A stretch of DNA of 58,028 nt, counting the filler, from Circinaria calcarea (Eukaryota): the NCBI GenBank assembly GCA_051942165.1. It is 5 parts of 5 records of this genome, joined end to end, with 100 filler letters (N's around TTAATTAATTAA, not from the genome) between each part and the next. Parts side by side here need not be neighbours in the genome. Positions count along the whole stretch, not along the records: positions 1 to 11,530 come from JAVECS010000673.1; positions 11,631 to 23,157 come from JAVECS010000674.1; 3 more parts are not named here. One strand, given 5' to 3'. The translations under genes were made by a program, and so were the position numbers. The stretch's first letter is position 1. Each line of letters starts with the position of its first letter. Below are positions 10,945 to 23,257 of the stretch, in pieces. A model generated the notes under the pieces. The model searched no databases. It saw only the letters and a program-made list of their open reading frames with translations, and had not been told where the DNA came from.

Positions 10945-11530
10945 CTATGCCCCAAACCTACTCCTCCTAACCCTAGAAGATTCACCAGCCCCAACACCAA
11001 TATCAATCCTCTTCATCTCCTCACTTAGCGCACTCGAGCTCCAATCCTCTTGACCATTACCCAGAAGGGCAACCTTTGCAGGTATTGGTGGCGGTACTGC
11101 GATGGGAGAGTTTCTCGAGTATGAAGGGCTGTTACCATAGCCGTAGTTCCCGTTTTCCCTTAGCGGCGAGGATGAATTACTATTCACAGTCGGAGTAGCG
11201 GGGCTGGAAGTTGGTAACCTAACCGAAGGCTGGGACTTTTTTTGTAGTCGAACCCGAGTAGTGGCTGTTGTAGGTGATGTTGAATCTGTAGAATATGTAT
11301 GCATAGTGGTTGAGAATGGTTGAGGGCGAATGACAGTTTCGCGAGGTGGCCGTGGACTGGAGTTTGGCATTGGCTGAGCACCCTGAGGGCTGTTTCGAAA
11401 GCGAAATGTAATCTCCGGTCCTTTTCTAGGAACTTTACGTTCAGGCTCAGGTGCCCAAGTTTCGGTAGGCAAATGGTCAGATGGATCAATGATTCGACCA
11501 TCATTACCAATGATTGGACCTTCCTCAACT
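10945..11530 (-). CDS. C-terminal part of a Pro/Ser-rich protein, possibly a Fic1/Inn1-like C2-domain cytokinesis protein; 5' end cut off by the contig end
   Basis: The frame is open to the contig edge: GPIIGNDGRIIDPSDHLPTETWAPEPERK...PPPIPAKV...ALSEEMKRIDIG...RRSRFGA*. The family call comes from memory of the DPSDHLP..WAPEPE and PxxP motifs; the C2 domain itself is not in the window. Confidence 0.45.
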
Positions 11531-11630
11531 NNNNNNNNNNNNNNNNNNNNNNNNNNNNNNNNNNNNNNNNNNNNTTAATTAATTAANNNNNNNNNNNNNN
11601 NNNNNNNNNNNNNNNNNNNNNNNNNNNNNN
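11531..11630. other. Artificial contig linker
   Basis: N44-TTAATTAATTAA-N44, with stops in all six frames. Confidence 0.97.
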
Positions 11631-12184
11631 CGTTTACCCTTTTAGAAAACATATATTATATAAAAACTTATTTTATTTATACGAGTATAAATTAATTAAA
11701 CGATTTCATATCTGAACGGCATATCTAGATAATCAAAGCATTCCACCATCAGATATTATATATATAATCGAATTCCAAAATAGTAATGGGGAGCAGATAA
11801 GTATAAGAGACTGGTATTCGAGGAAATACGAAATATTTGAGATGCCGCATGAAGTGCAGAAGAAAGAAACTGTGTTGATAGGGGGCATGGCCGAAGAGCT
11901 AGCCAAACTGATCGTGGACTGGGGCACGGCATGAACGACAGTTGATATATGGAGACGGGAGGGCTTTGATATAGGAAGTAAGATCGTAGGCATTTATTAA
12001 TTATAGCAAGGTAAATCGAAGCGAAACTGCTATGCTCAAAACTTCTACACAGTTCATCCACGCATGAGCATCCCACGGTCATGACCTTTTAGACTTGCCA
12101 TAGGAGTAGCCTGCCCGAGGTATTGCCAGTGATTCCGTAACGCCAGTATTCTCTTATTCTCTGAACCTGATATCCTGGTTTGGA

Positions 12185-13424
12185 TCAGATAAGCCCTTCC
12201 AGCAGGTGAGGCACGATATTGGCGCCCGTTATTGAGGGATCGATTCTTGGATCGTACTTATTAATCCCGTTAATGGGAGCATACTTCTCGCAGAGATAGC
12301 ACATGTTGTTGTAAGCCGTTTTTCTTAAGATGCTTCCCGGGTGCCCGGCAGCGTAGTTGATGGCTCCTTTGATGCTGTACAACCTGTTACGGTCGTCAAA
12401 TTCGTCGATTGGTTCCGCCGCCGGATAATTTCGCAGGTAATGCCGGGTATATACTTTCGACCGAAAGACCGAACTGAATTCGCATCTCCAGTGGCCCATT
12501 TCCATCTCGTTGTGCGCGTAGTAGGACCCGGCATCGAACAGGAGGCTTTCTCCGGTTTCCATGTTGATGCCCATGTTTCCCTCCCAGAGGTCTCCGTGGA
12601 TGATACAGGGTTTGATCTGCCGACCTTCGGTCTGTAAGGATCCGAGCAGACGAGAGATCACCGTGGTAGCTACTTGTTCGGTGGCTCGTTCCAACTCTGG
12701 CCACGGGCCATTCGTTTCCAGGTCCAGTTTGCAGACGCCCACGAGCAGCTTCCGGTAGAAGACGGCCCAGCTGTCTTCCCAGTCGACCGTGTGCGCCATC
12801 TTGCCGTCGCACGTCACCACATGGAAACCGAATTTACCGGTCGGAGACTGGCTCGCCTTATGCATCTCTGCCAGCCGGCTGGTGAATTCGACCGGCTCTG
12901 GCGCAGTGGCTACATCCATGTCGATAAACTCCGACAGGTAAAAGTACGTAGCCGGGTTCTCCACTTTGTATCGGCCAAACCCAAATGGCTCAGGGATGAA
13001 GTCTGAGTCGAGTTTGTATATGATTTTGGACGACTCGTATTCCCCCCGCAGCATAGTGCTACCGTGTTCTCCATACGCAACCTAAAGGCCGGCTTTATTA
13101 GTATTTTGTCTATTGTCTAGTTGATGCGGGCAACGTGACGACACGAACCTTAAGGAAATAGAGTTTCTGGCTCCCGTCCGGTTCCTTTGCCGTTACCCTT
13201 CCTGTGATTGTCCAGGCACTTGTACCGAAGTTTTCTACTGATAGAAAGGTCGTTCCGGGCGGCAAGGCTCCAGGTCAGAAGTCAGCATGTACTGCGGGAC
13301 CTAAAGGGTAAACCCAATGTAAAAGCGTACCTTCGATTACGGCTTCGTCTATGGGGAATCGGCCGTCGAGCCGGGCGAGAATCTCTTTAATACTGAGGGG
13401 GCTTTCTATATCGATGGTTTCCAT
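12185..13424 (-). CDS. Fructosamine-3-kinase / protein-ribulosamine 3-kinase family protein (3 exons)
   Basis: Exons 13424-13331, 13267-13149 and 13081-12185. Motifs YFLK, MLRGEYES, SPTGKFGFHVVTCDG, PCIIHGDLWEGN, FDAGSYYAHNEME, DDRNRLYS. The first intron would end in a GAG acceptor. Confidence 0.9.
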
Positions 13425-13948
13425 CACTAGTGAAGTGGGAAAAATCTCAGCCTCGTCCGTTTTTGGAGTCAGACAATCCTCGCCGGTCGATGAAGGTGGG
13501 AGGTCAAGCTACAAATCGCTCCGCCCTCGTCGAAGACTAAGATGAGGATGGCAGAAATCGGATTGGTGCAAGGTGCTTTCTCTTCGTCAAGATGTGATAC
13601 CACGACCCAGTAGACACAAAGTTTTTTGAGATTAAGGAGCCCTCAGCCTCATACAAGTTCGCGGGCGCGGAAGACGCTGGAGACAGCCTTAATCAAGGCC
13701 GATACATGAACGGCTGTGCAAATTTATCTGGACCCTTCCTTATCATCGTCTGCTTCAGTTCTCTTCAGTTCACGCTTATCTGATTTCGACATTGGATCAT
13801 AATAGGAGCGCGAGTCTATGCTTTCAGCGTACAGCCCTCCAGTATACAAAACCCAGTCAAAGGGTGTCCGAAGGCAGCACTGAGGGGCTGCCCTTGGAGG
13901 GGAAGCCACCACGATGATTCATCCACAACATTCTAACACCACCAGATC

Positions 13949-16900
13949 GTGCAACCAGAGCTGACTCGTCGTGGTGACTTTGTTCAGTTCAAAAAACAGC
14001 TCGCTTTCCTTAAGAAACGGGGAGACGAAGGAAACTTTTCTGATCCTCTCCCACCTTCCATCGGTGACAGAGACAGGACACTATCGCCGCCGCAACTCTT
14101 CAACCGCCCTGCTCTCCCGCGAGCTCCCTCGCCAGGCGCTGATTCGCAGGACAGTCATATCAGCCCATCCGATTTGAGCCTTACCGAAAGGTCAGATAGC
14201 TACTTCCAAACAAACCGTGGTATCGAGGCATCCAACCAAGATCCTATTGGCCTGAAGGTCATACATAAGCCACCAGGAGATCGGAGAGTAGATATAGTGT
14301 TTGTTCATGGCCTTGGAGGAAGCAGTCGTAAGACATGGTCGAAGAATCACGATCCCGATTTCTTCTGGCCGCTGAAGTTCTTGCCCTTTGAGCCAGACAT
14401 CAATGAAGCAAGGATATCGACATTCGGATATAATGCAAATTTCAGGCGCGGAAGCGGGAAGAACAAGATATCGGTCCTAGACTTCGCCAAGGATCTTTTG
14501 TACGACCTAAAGTATGCTAAAGATGAGTCTGTGCCGGAACTGGAAGATCTGGGAATGGGGGAGGCAAGTACAGCTATACCTGCTAGCATCTACAGCACAA
14601 CTGATAAGAAGACAGAGACCTATTATCTTCGTGGCCCATTCTATGGGAGGCCTTGTTGTAAAAGAGGTATCGCTCTATTGGCTCTTGACCAGAACGGATG
14701 AACGCTGATATATACGACTGGTCTACAGGCATATATGTCAGGCCAGAATGATCCGACCTATGAGTACATCATCAGATCGGTCTCCTCGATAATATCTCTC
14801 TCAACACCACACCGCGGCACTGACCTGGCCGAGACATTGAATCGCATTCTACAGGTTTCTTTTGTGGCCAAGCCTATGCATTTCATCTCGGAGCTCGGAG
14901 CCGGCTCGCAGACATTGCAAAAGCTTAACGAGCAATTTAAACATGTTGCTACAAAGCTGAAGCTCGTATCTTTCTATGAGACTCGTCCAACAACAGTGTT
15001 TAGAAAAACACAGATAGTAAGCAGCAGTCTTTTCAGTGAAAGGGAGCAAAATGGAAGATTCTGACTGTTGCTCGCACAGATGGTTCTGGAAAAGGACTCG
15101 TCCATCCTGGGCTATCCCGGAGAGATTTCAAAACCCCTCGACGCAGATCATAATGGGGTGTGCAAATACGAAAGCCCTAACGACTTTCGTTATATCACCG
15201 TCCGAAATGTTTTGAAGTCGCTTGTAGGAAAATCCAAGCCAAAAGGTAGGCACCCGTTCCTAAGCCACGCCGAAAATCGTGATCAGATTGACAAGACATC
15301 CAGACACAAGGGAATCACAAGTTGGTGTGAGTCAGGCTTCAAGGGTGAAATTTGAGGAGTATCTCTCAGTCTCCGAGTCCCCCAACGGAGACTACAACTT
15401 CTTTCGAGATCGTTGGACATCTGGTACCTGTGACTGGATTCTTCGTGACGTGGCTTTTAGCGCATGGCTAGAAGACACCCATTCTAGACCTCGAGTCCTA
15501 TGGATCCATGGAAATGCTGCCAGTGGGAAGTCAATTCTTTCCTCGTTTCTAATTCATCACCTTATTCAACTTGGCTTACCGTGTCACTACTTTTTCGTAC
15601 GCTTTACGGATCGAAAGAAGCGAGCTTTAAGTATGATTCTGCGGTCTTTGGCGTGTCAGCTTGCGCATTCTACGCCACCATATGCAGACAGACTCCGGCT
15701 GCTTGAAGCAGCAGCCACGGACCTCAGAACGGCAGACTTTCAGAATATTTGGCAGACCCTGTATAACCAAAATCTATTCCAATTAGACATCGACTATCCT
15801 TTATATTGGGTCATCGATGGTTTAGACGAAGCAAATAGCCCTGGTGTGTTAATAAAACTTCTCTCGGAACTCGATTTGACCAATATCCCTCTCCGTATCC
15901 TTATTGTGAGTCGGAAGACACATGAAATCTCATCAGCCTTCCAAAAACTAAGAAAGCAGGTGCATATGGATGCCATCTTAACGGAAGGTAATCCGAACGA
16001 TTTCCGAGCTTATATTAATCGTGAGATGGACGTCGCAGGCGAAGATTCTTACAGGGAGGAAGTCACTATTCAGCTTCTTGAAAGGGCGAGAGGCAACTTT
16101 CTCTGGGTACATTTGGCCGTGCAGGAGATCAACGACTGCCATACTAAAGCGGCTTTGGAAGATGCATTGAAGAATCTCTCTCCCGGCATGGAAGCCCTCT
16201 ACGACCGGATGGCCATTTCCGTCCGGACCCAGCCGAGCTCCGCTGATCGGGAACTTGGCCAAAGCATTTTGGGCTGGACTACTTGTGCTCAACGATCTCT
16301 GAGCATCGGAGAGCTCAGTGACGCACTACGTAATGATGGTCTCCTCGAGATTCACAGGACGATTGGCGACTTATGTGGTGGATTTGTGATTTTGGGCAAG
16401 GACAAGGTTACTATAATCCATGAGACCGCTCGTGAATACTTGATGCGCGGAGGTGATGGAGATCGTCCGCTGGCTATCGACCGGAAGTCCACGAATGACA
16501 AGTTGTTCAGTAGGTGCATAGAGTGCCTGACGGACCCAAAGCTTCGAAGCCAAATCAATCGAAATCAACCTCCGGCTCTGCTCGATTATGCGGCCAGTGC
16601 GTGGTTCATACATTTCTCAATCGGACCGGCTACTCATACGAGAAACCTGGAAATTGTAGAAAAGTTCCTACGTGGATCTAACGTCCTAACATGGATACAC
16701 ATCGCGGCTAGGAAAAAGGAGCTTAGAGCCTTAGTGATCGCTTCCCGCTACCTGACCGACGTCGTTCTCAAGTTGCGGAAAATGAGTGAGAGGGAGTCCC
16801 TAGCACATCAACGAGCCATAGCCATTATCGAGGGCTGGGCCACTGACCTTGTCAAGATAGTCGGGAAGTTCGGAAATACTTTGATCCAGAACCCAGACTC

Positions 16901-19148
16901 GATTTACAGATTGATCTCCCCGTTCTGCCCTCAAAATTCCGCTATCTACCTCCAATTTGGTCGCAAGGAAAGCAAAGCACTTCAGGTGTCTGGGCTTACT
17001 AACAGCACCTGGGATGACTGCCTGGCGCGGCTTTCTCTGGGGCAAGGGGTCATGGCATCTGCCGTTCTCACCGCTGGCAACCGAATTGTTATTTTGTCTA
17101 ATATCCGCAATTCGAGCCAAATTATTATCTACAACTCTGCTACCTTTGAAGAGCAAGGCCGAATAGTTCACCCCGAACGAGTATTTAGCATCCAAGTGAA
17201 CAAGATAGGAAATCTTCTTGTCAGCTATGGCTATGTGACTACAAGACTCTGGGATATCGCGACAGGCGACTGCATCAAAACAGTGAAGAACCCGGTAAAG
17301 CGTCCTAGACCCCAATCTCTCCTTTTTGTAGAAACGGAGAAGGTGATACTTGTTGGAAGCGAAGATAGATGCATCAGATCCTTTTCTCTCGACGACGATT
17401 CTGCCGAGTACGAGACCAGAGCCCGAATCGACGAACAGAGCTTAGAGGACAGAATGGTCAATTTCCCCACATGCTCTGCTCTTAGTCCTGATGGGAACAT
17501 GGTTGCGTTTGGCTATCGTCAACATCCTGTCACCGTCTGGGAGTTGGAACCACCATGGCTTCTTGGTCAGTGCAACATAATACTAGACGCCACGGACATG
17601 ACAATCCGGGAAACCACTTGTGGTGAAGTCTTCAAAATTAGTTGGCACCCATTTAGCGGAGAAATTTTCGGCCTGACACAGACGGGGCTTTTGTTCAAAT
17701 GGGACCATTATCAAGAGGATTCTACTGCGACGGTCCAAACTGGTGGAGACTGCCTCACTGTCAGCCGCGATGGCTCCCTTATTGCTACGGGCGATGCCGT
17801 TGGAACGATCAAGGCATACGCAACCCCGGACTTGTCGTTACTCTATCAACTATCATCCCCAGACTCTATCCTTGATCTCTCATTCAGCACAGATTCCAGA
17901 CGGCTCTATAACGTACGAGGAACCTATGGCAATATCTGGGAGCCCAACACTTTGGTCCGTCTTGCTGACAGCTCAGATTATCATGATCATAATAGCGATG
18001 CTTTGAGTGAAAACGAAAGTCTTACCAAACTATCCCTCCACACGGAGCATCATTTCACAAGGGTCGATGACATTGTAACCGTGTCTGGACAGTCGCTTGG
18101 CCCGCTCTACTGCTATGGCACAGAAGATGGCCTTGCTTTGCTCTGCGAGGTCGGACGTGGCAAAGTATGTGAGCTAGAGAGATCGACTAGCTATATGTCC
18201 ATCGAGCAAGTCGCATGGAGCGAAGATGGGAGTCTTGTTGCAATTGCAGATCTCAGTGGGAGGCTCTCGATCAAGAGAATCGCCAAAACAGGTCAAGCTC
18301 GAGATACCTGGCAGGTCAAACATGAATTTGACCTTGTGATTTCCCCCCATGAGGGACATATCGGTCAGCTCGTCTTCCAGCCTGCAGGTCATCAGCTACT
18401 CGCCTTTACGACGAAGACGATTTACTCTGTTAACCTTAAATCACATGACCTGATCACAGCAAAAGTTCCACCAGGACTGTCCAAGGTAAAATGGACATCT
18501 CATCCAACACTTCCTGATTACCTTGTGGGCTTTGGAACTACAAAAGCTCATGTCCTTACTTGGGCCGATCTTCGAGAAGTGAGGAACCTTACTTATTCGC
18601 CTTTTCAAACTAATCCCCCAGCGACAAGCTTATTATCTCAAACCCTGCAAAGTCATATTGCTCTAAAGAGGGATAGCGAGACACTTGGGAGACTCGTCGC
18701 CAACGCTAACTCTCCTCACGTTTTACTACAGATCTTATACTCTGCTACGTCAAGTCAACTCGACACCCAATATCTGGTATTTAAAGTTGCCGACATTTTG
18801 TCGGACCCCGATGGTGATGACACGAATACTACTGGAAATAAATTGCCGTATACACTTTTTCCAGCACATATCGCATCTCGTATACGAGAGCCGCTCGCCT
18901 TTTTGTCGCACCAAGGTCTTGTGTTCCTTGACGTGGACCGGTGGATATGCACGTGGCGTTTGCCATCGTCGGCGCCCACGCGACGCTCAGAAGTGGATGG
19001 TGGAAAGATTGAGGAATGTTACTTTTTGCCCGGAGACTGGGTCACTGCAAACGAAGGCCAACTTTCTACTATTATGCCCGACAGAACTTTATTATGTCCT
19101 CAAAACGGAGAGGTGGCTGCGGTCCAATGCGTAAAGCTTCGGAAATAG
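13949..19148 (+). CDS. Fungal NLR (NWD type): SesB/PGAP1-like alpha/beta hydrolase - NACHT - WD40 repeats; exact start uncertain
   Basis: Hydrolase motifs DIVFVHGLGG, TFGYNANF, FVAHSMGGLVVK, LSTPHRG and DADHNGVCKY. P-loop WIHGNAASGKS, Walker B WVIDGLDE, GNFLWVHL, and degenerate WD40 units (RLWDI, LSPDG, FSTDS, WSEDG). Introns at 14564-14615 (GC-AG), 14667-14728, 15017-15079 and 15246-15303. Confidence 0.9.
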
Positions 19149-19774
19149 TTTTTGAGTTAGTATATAATGTGACCCAATGATAAGGGTCCGTGGAGATCGG
19201 ATCGAAGGTCCAAGCAAGCGCGCCCAAAAGGGAAGGCGACGATGCTGCTTGGACCACTTCACTGCAGCTTCCTCCTCCTGTTTTACACAACTCCGATGAT
19301 TTTTCGTCCTTACAATTTGACTATTCACACCAGTAATCGAATGCCATTTTCCACTCCAGTGGGGATTTTGAATGTATACGTGTTCGGAAAGTAAATAGTT
19401 GCAGACTCACTCTCGTCAAACCCTAAAATCAAGTCCTGGAAAGGTCAGCTGTTTGAAATAAGGCTCCAGAACAGAAAATCGTGCGCCTGATTACGAGGGT
19501 CTGGGAAGACCTTTCTCAATTAAGTATTTTCAGTCTTTTTTCTTTAAGTCGAGCTGAGACGGGGCTCGATTAGGTTTTTTCGATTATCGTAAACAATTAT
19601 TTCGCTCGTCCGCCGACCCCAAATTTAAAAATTATAAGTATTTAAAAATTTAATATTATAACACGTTTATAATCCTGTGCAGAATTATCTTAATTAACGG
19701 AGACTGAGAAGAATAATTTATTCGGTAGTGGCTTATATAATATAGAAAAGGATTATTCGATTTTCTCGGACAGG

Positions 19775-21193
19775 ATGCGCATTTATCTAACATACCAGCT
19801 TGGCTTCATCATCATACTCTTAACCCTCACAGCAACTGCATATTTTCCTCTGATTCCCATGCTCAGTACCCACTTCTCTGTTTCTATCCAAGCCATTAAC
19901 CTTACAGTCACCGTCTACGCGATCTGCCAAGCCATCTCACCTGCGTTCTTCGCCTCACTGGCGGACGCATTTGGCCGACGTCCAGTCCTCCTCGGCTTAA
20001 TCAGTCTGTACGCAACTGCCAGTCTAGGCCTCATCCTTAGCCAATACAGCTATGCGACCTTGATGGTACTCAGAGCGCTCCAGAGCATTGGGGGTTCTGC
20101 CACTCCATCGGTCGCGTACGGTATCGTTGCCGATGTGGCCGTCATATCTGAACGAGGCAAAATGCTCGGTCCAATGCTCTCGACGTGTAATGCGATATCA
20201 GCACTTGGACCCGTTATCGCCGGTGCGATTGCCCTGAGGACCAGTGGCTATATCTGGGTTTTCCTTGCGCTTCTCATCATCGCCGTCATATCTCTGCTGC
20301 TGGTAGGCTTCACCCTCCCGGAAACTGCGCGCAATGTTGTTGGCAATGGAATGAAGCCAATTCGTGGGGTTTGGCGAACTTGGTTGTCGTATTTCCCTGG
20401 GCGAAAACAGCCACACCGCAGCGAAAGCAGGGCTGATGATGCTGATGCTGATGCTTCAGAACCCCGGCTGCAAGAGCATGGGAAACCAGTTTGGCGACCT
20501 CTAAGCGCTTTCGTCTCTTTTCGCCTCGTCCTTTATCCGGATGCAGCTGCCGTTCTGTGCATGATTGCTTCGTCATATTCCGTTTACTATACCTTTCAAG
20601 TCGCCATTCCGACAATTTTCGATGAGATTTACGGCTTCAACGCCTTTGAAGTTGGGCTAGTATTCTTGCCTGGCCTGGCTGGAATGACTATTGGTGGAAT
20701 CATTGCTGGTAAGCTTGTGGACCGGAACTATGCCAAAACCGCGCGAGAGTGCAATGTCAACGTCGATCGGAGGAAAGGAGAGGACTTGAGGGACTTCCCT
20801 ATCGAAAAGGCCAGATATCAAAATTGTCTTCCCTTCCTTTCGCTCGAAGTGGCCTTGGTGCTTGGATACGGCTGGGTAGTACACTCACATGTTCACTGTT
20901 TAGTTCCGCTCGTCATGCAGTTTTTCATTTGCGCAGTTTCGACGCTGTTGAGCCATACTGCTAGTGCTCTGCTTGTTGATATCTTTCCGGACACGACGAG
21001 TAGTGCCTATGCTTCTGGACAAATTGTGAGGTGTGCACTCAGCGCCGCTTCGGCTGCCATCCTACAGCCATTGGTAGATGCTATTGGGAGAGGTTGGTAC
21101 TTTTCTATTTTCGCTTTTTTAACTGGAATCAGCGGCCTGGGTCCTGTCGCTGCTAGTCGGTCGAAAGGCATGCGGTGGCGACAGAAGAGGTAA
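19775..21193 (+). CDS. MFS drug:H+ antiporter (DHA1, Qdr/Aqr1-like); N-terminus possibly eroded
   Basis: About 12 hydrophobic segments; motif A SLADAFGRRPV, LRALQSIGGS, GIVADVAVISERG, LPETAR, GKLVDR, DFPIEKARY, LLVDIFP. Confidence 0.9.
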   Translation: MRIYLTYQLGFIIILLTLTATAYFPLIPMLSTHFSVSIQAINLTVTVYAICQAISPAFFASLADAFGRRPVLLGLISLYATASLGLILSQYSYATLMVLRALQSIGGSATPSVAYGIVADVAVISERGKMLGPMLSTCNAISALGPVIAGAIALRTSGYIWVFLALLIIAVISLLLVGFTLPETARNVVGNGMKPIRGVWRTWLSYFPGRKQPHRSESRADDADADASEPRLQEHGKPVWRPLSAFVSFRLVLYPDAAAVLCMIASSYSVYYTFQVAIPTIFDEIYGFNAFEVGLVFLPGLAGMTIGGIIAGKLVDRNYAKTARECNVNVDRRKGEDLRDFPIEKARYQNCLPFLSLEVALVLGYGWVVHSHVHCLVPLVMQFFICAVSTLLSHTASALLVDIFPDTTSSAYASGQIVRCALSAASAAILQPLVDAIGRGWYFSIFAFLTGISGLGPVAASRSKGMRWRQKR

Positions 21194-22779
21194 GCGACTC
21201 CCCATAGCAAGGTAAAAGATACTGAGCAACCACCACGACAGCTCCCGGACCCCAAAAGCTGATGGAAAGGGTAAGAGCAGCCAAATAACTCCGAAGATAG
21301 AAAGGCATTCGCCCACTGAATACTTCAGCTACCGGGCTCAAACATTTCCTGGAATGAGTTATTGATATATTACTTCTGGCGAGTTGCCTACTGGTTCTAA
21401 AGACTTATAATAAAAGTATCATGAAGTGGCGTATAATAGTAGGAACGGCCTATGCAACGGCTGTGAGTGCGGACCTTAATTAGAATCTTTCTCGGGGCGC
21501 CTGACTACCATTCTTGATTATCCAGCTTCATCATAGTGCCAAAACCACCGAGACGCAAGCTACCAAGCACTTCGCGAACACGCAAAGCTGCGGACAAGCA
21601 TGATGGAATTGAGAAAGACCGTGGATTACGAGGTGAAATGAACGACCGAATGACTCCAAAGAACACTGCTTTCAGTTAAGTGAGGTATGATAAGATTACA
21701 GCGGTTCCCCACAGCTACCTGTTGATGCAAAAGTAGCGAATTTTATATTGGTCTGCAAATTCTCCGTATTTGATCAGATACGTCATTCTTCCCGTCGTTC
21801 CCGATGATATTGCAAATTCTTAGCGAGATGGATGCTCTGAGATCAATATTATCCTCGCCAAGAAGTGAAAAAGAATCGAAAGTGAGAACGCGGTCGCTGT
21901 GGACCAAACACAGTACGTCCAATCTTCGACGAATCGAGGTCGAAACTAAAGGCATTTCACTCGGATTATGACTGCTTGCTCCGCGGAGCGCCGTCATTGC
22001 GCTGCCCACCACGTTCCCACCTCAACGCAGGAAATGCGCGTCTAACGTATCCAAGGATATCGCTCAAGCCGTTAGAACAGGATGCGAGAGCTTATCACTG
22101 GGCTTTTACGAACAGAAGCTCGATCCTCTAAGACGCGTGTGAGCTTGAAAACGACGAGGACCTTCCACGGAAAATCAGCCAATACTTGCCTTTTATTCTG
22201 GTCCATTTCGAGCTCCTCCTCGTCATTTTCAACGCTAGTTTAGAACGCGCTTGGCCTAGCGATAGACCATTCTTATACCGCTTTTTTTAACTCAATCAGT
22301 AGGCTTCGGTTGACTGATCCTGGGCAATGGAGGTTGCCGGAATTGGAGATGGTCCTGGAATTTCTTAAAGGGATTAGCAGTTTTTGAAAGGCATCTAAGA
22401 ATCTAGGATATTTGCTATAAACATGTTGAATCTGGACCTTGAAAGACGGTCGCGTGTTCATACTTTGATAGCATAGCTTACAGCGGGGGCTATATGCTCA
22501 GGAAACAATTGGAACATAACCCGATAAACATAAAATCGCCGGAAGCTGCGAGTGGACCATTCAATGTGATGGTCACACCAGGAAAATGTGCCTGCTCAGG
22601 GTTATTTTTAGCAAGGTGGGGACGGATCATTCTTGTTACCGAGGCCTCTGCTAGGCTGGTATTTTATAATTGCTTCAGCTGTCAAAAGGATCTTGTCGGA
22701 AATGGCGAAGTCTAGGCAGCAGTAAAGCAGGGAGTGGCAGCTCAAGTCGAGACGGAGGAAGCCATTTCAGGCTCCCACC

Positions 22780-22935
22780 TGCTGCGCCCCTGCACTGTCC
22801 TACGCTGCTCCCCTGTGCTTCCTTGCTGCTCGCTCAATGCTCCCCCGTGCTCCCTCGTGCTCCCCTGATGCTCCCCGTGTTCCCTCGGTGCTCCCTCGGT
22901 GCTCCCTCTAAAGCGGCCCTGCTCCCTTTCCCGTC
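22780..22935. repeat. Low-complexity array of TGCTCCC(C) motifs
   Basis: About 10 degenerate copies of (G)TGCTCCC at irregular 9-13 nt spacing, near the contig end. Confidence 0.7.
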
Positions 22936-23157
22936 CCGGAACGGCAATTTCCAATCCTAACTTCGGGGTGTATATAATATATATATATATAAAAAAAGGG
23001 GGTGGAGATGGAAAAAAAAAGCAAATCTCCACATATTCACACGGCTTGGGCCAAAACTACAATAATTTATTTACAACGGAGGGGGCTGGGTTGATATGTA
23101 TGATCCGTGGGTCGATGTGCAGGGGTGGTTGCGGCTATGCTAAACCGTGACAACCCC

Positions 23158-23257
23158 NNNNNNNNNNNNNNNNNNNNNNNNNNNNNNNNNNNNNNNNNNN
23201 NTTAATTAATTAANNNNNNNNNNNNNNNNNNNNNNNNNNNNNNNNNNNNNNNNNNNN
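23158..23257. other. Artificial contig linker
   Basis: N44-TTAATTAATTAA-N44. Confidence 0.97.

Noticed and set aside
11575..11586. Recurring TTAATTAATTAA at regular ~11.6 kb spacing as a biological repeat
   Set aside because: It is embedded in N runs and is a synthetic six-frame-stop linker.
21743..22461. Possible gene remnant on the minus strand
   Set aside because: The frames examined are broken by several stops and carry no recognisable motif, so no call can be supported.
11631..23157. Contig 2 as Starship or other giant-transposon cargo (NLR + kinase + MFS with AT-rich ends)
   Set aside because: No DUF3435 tyrosine recombinase, element boundary or direct repeat is visible.
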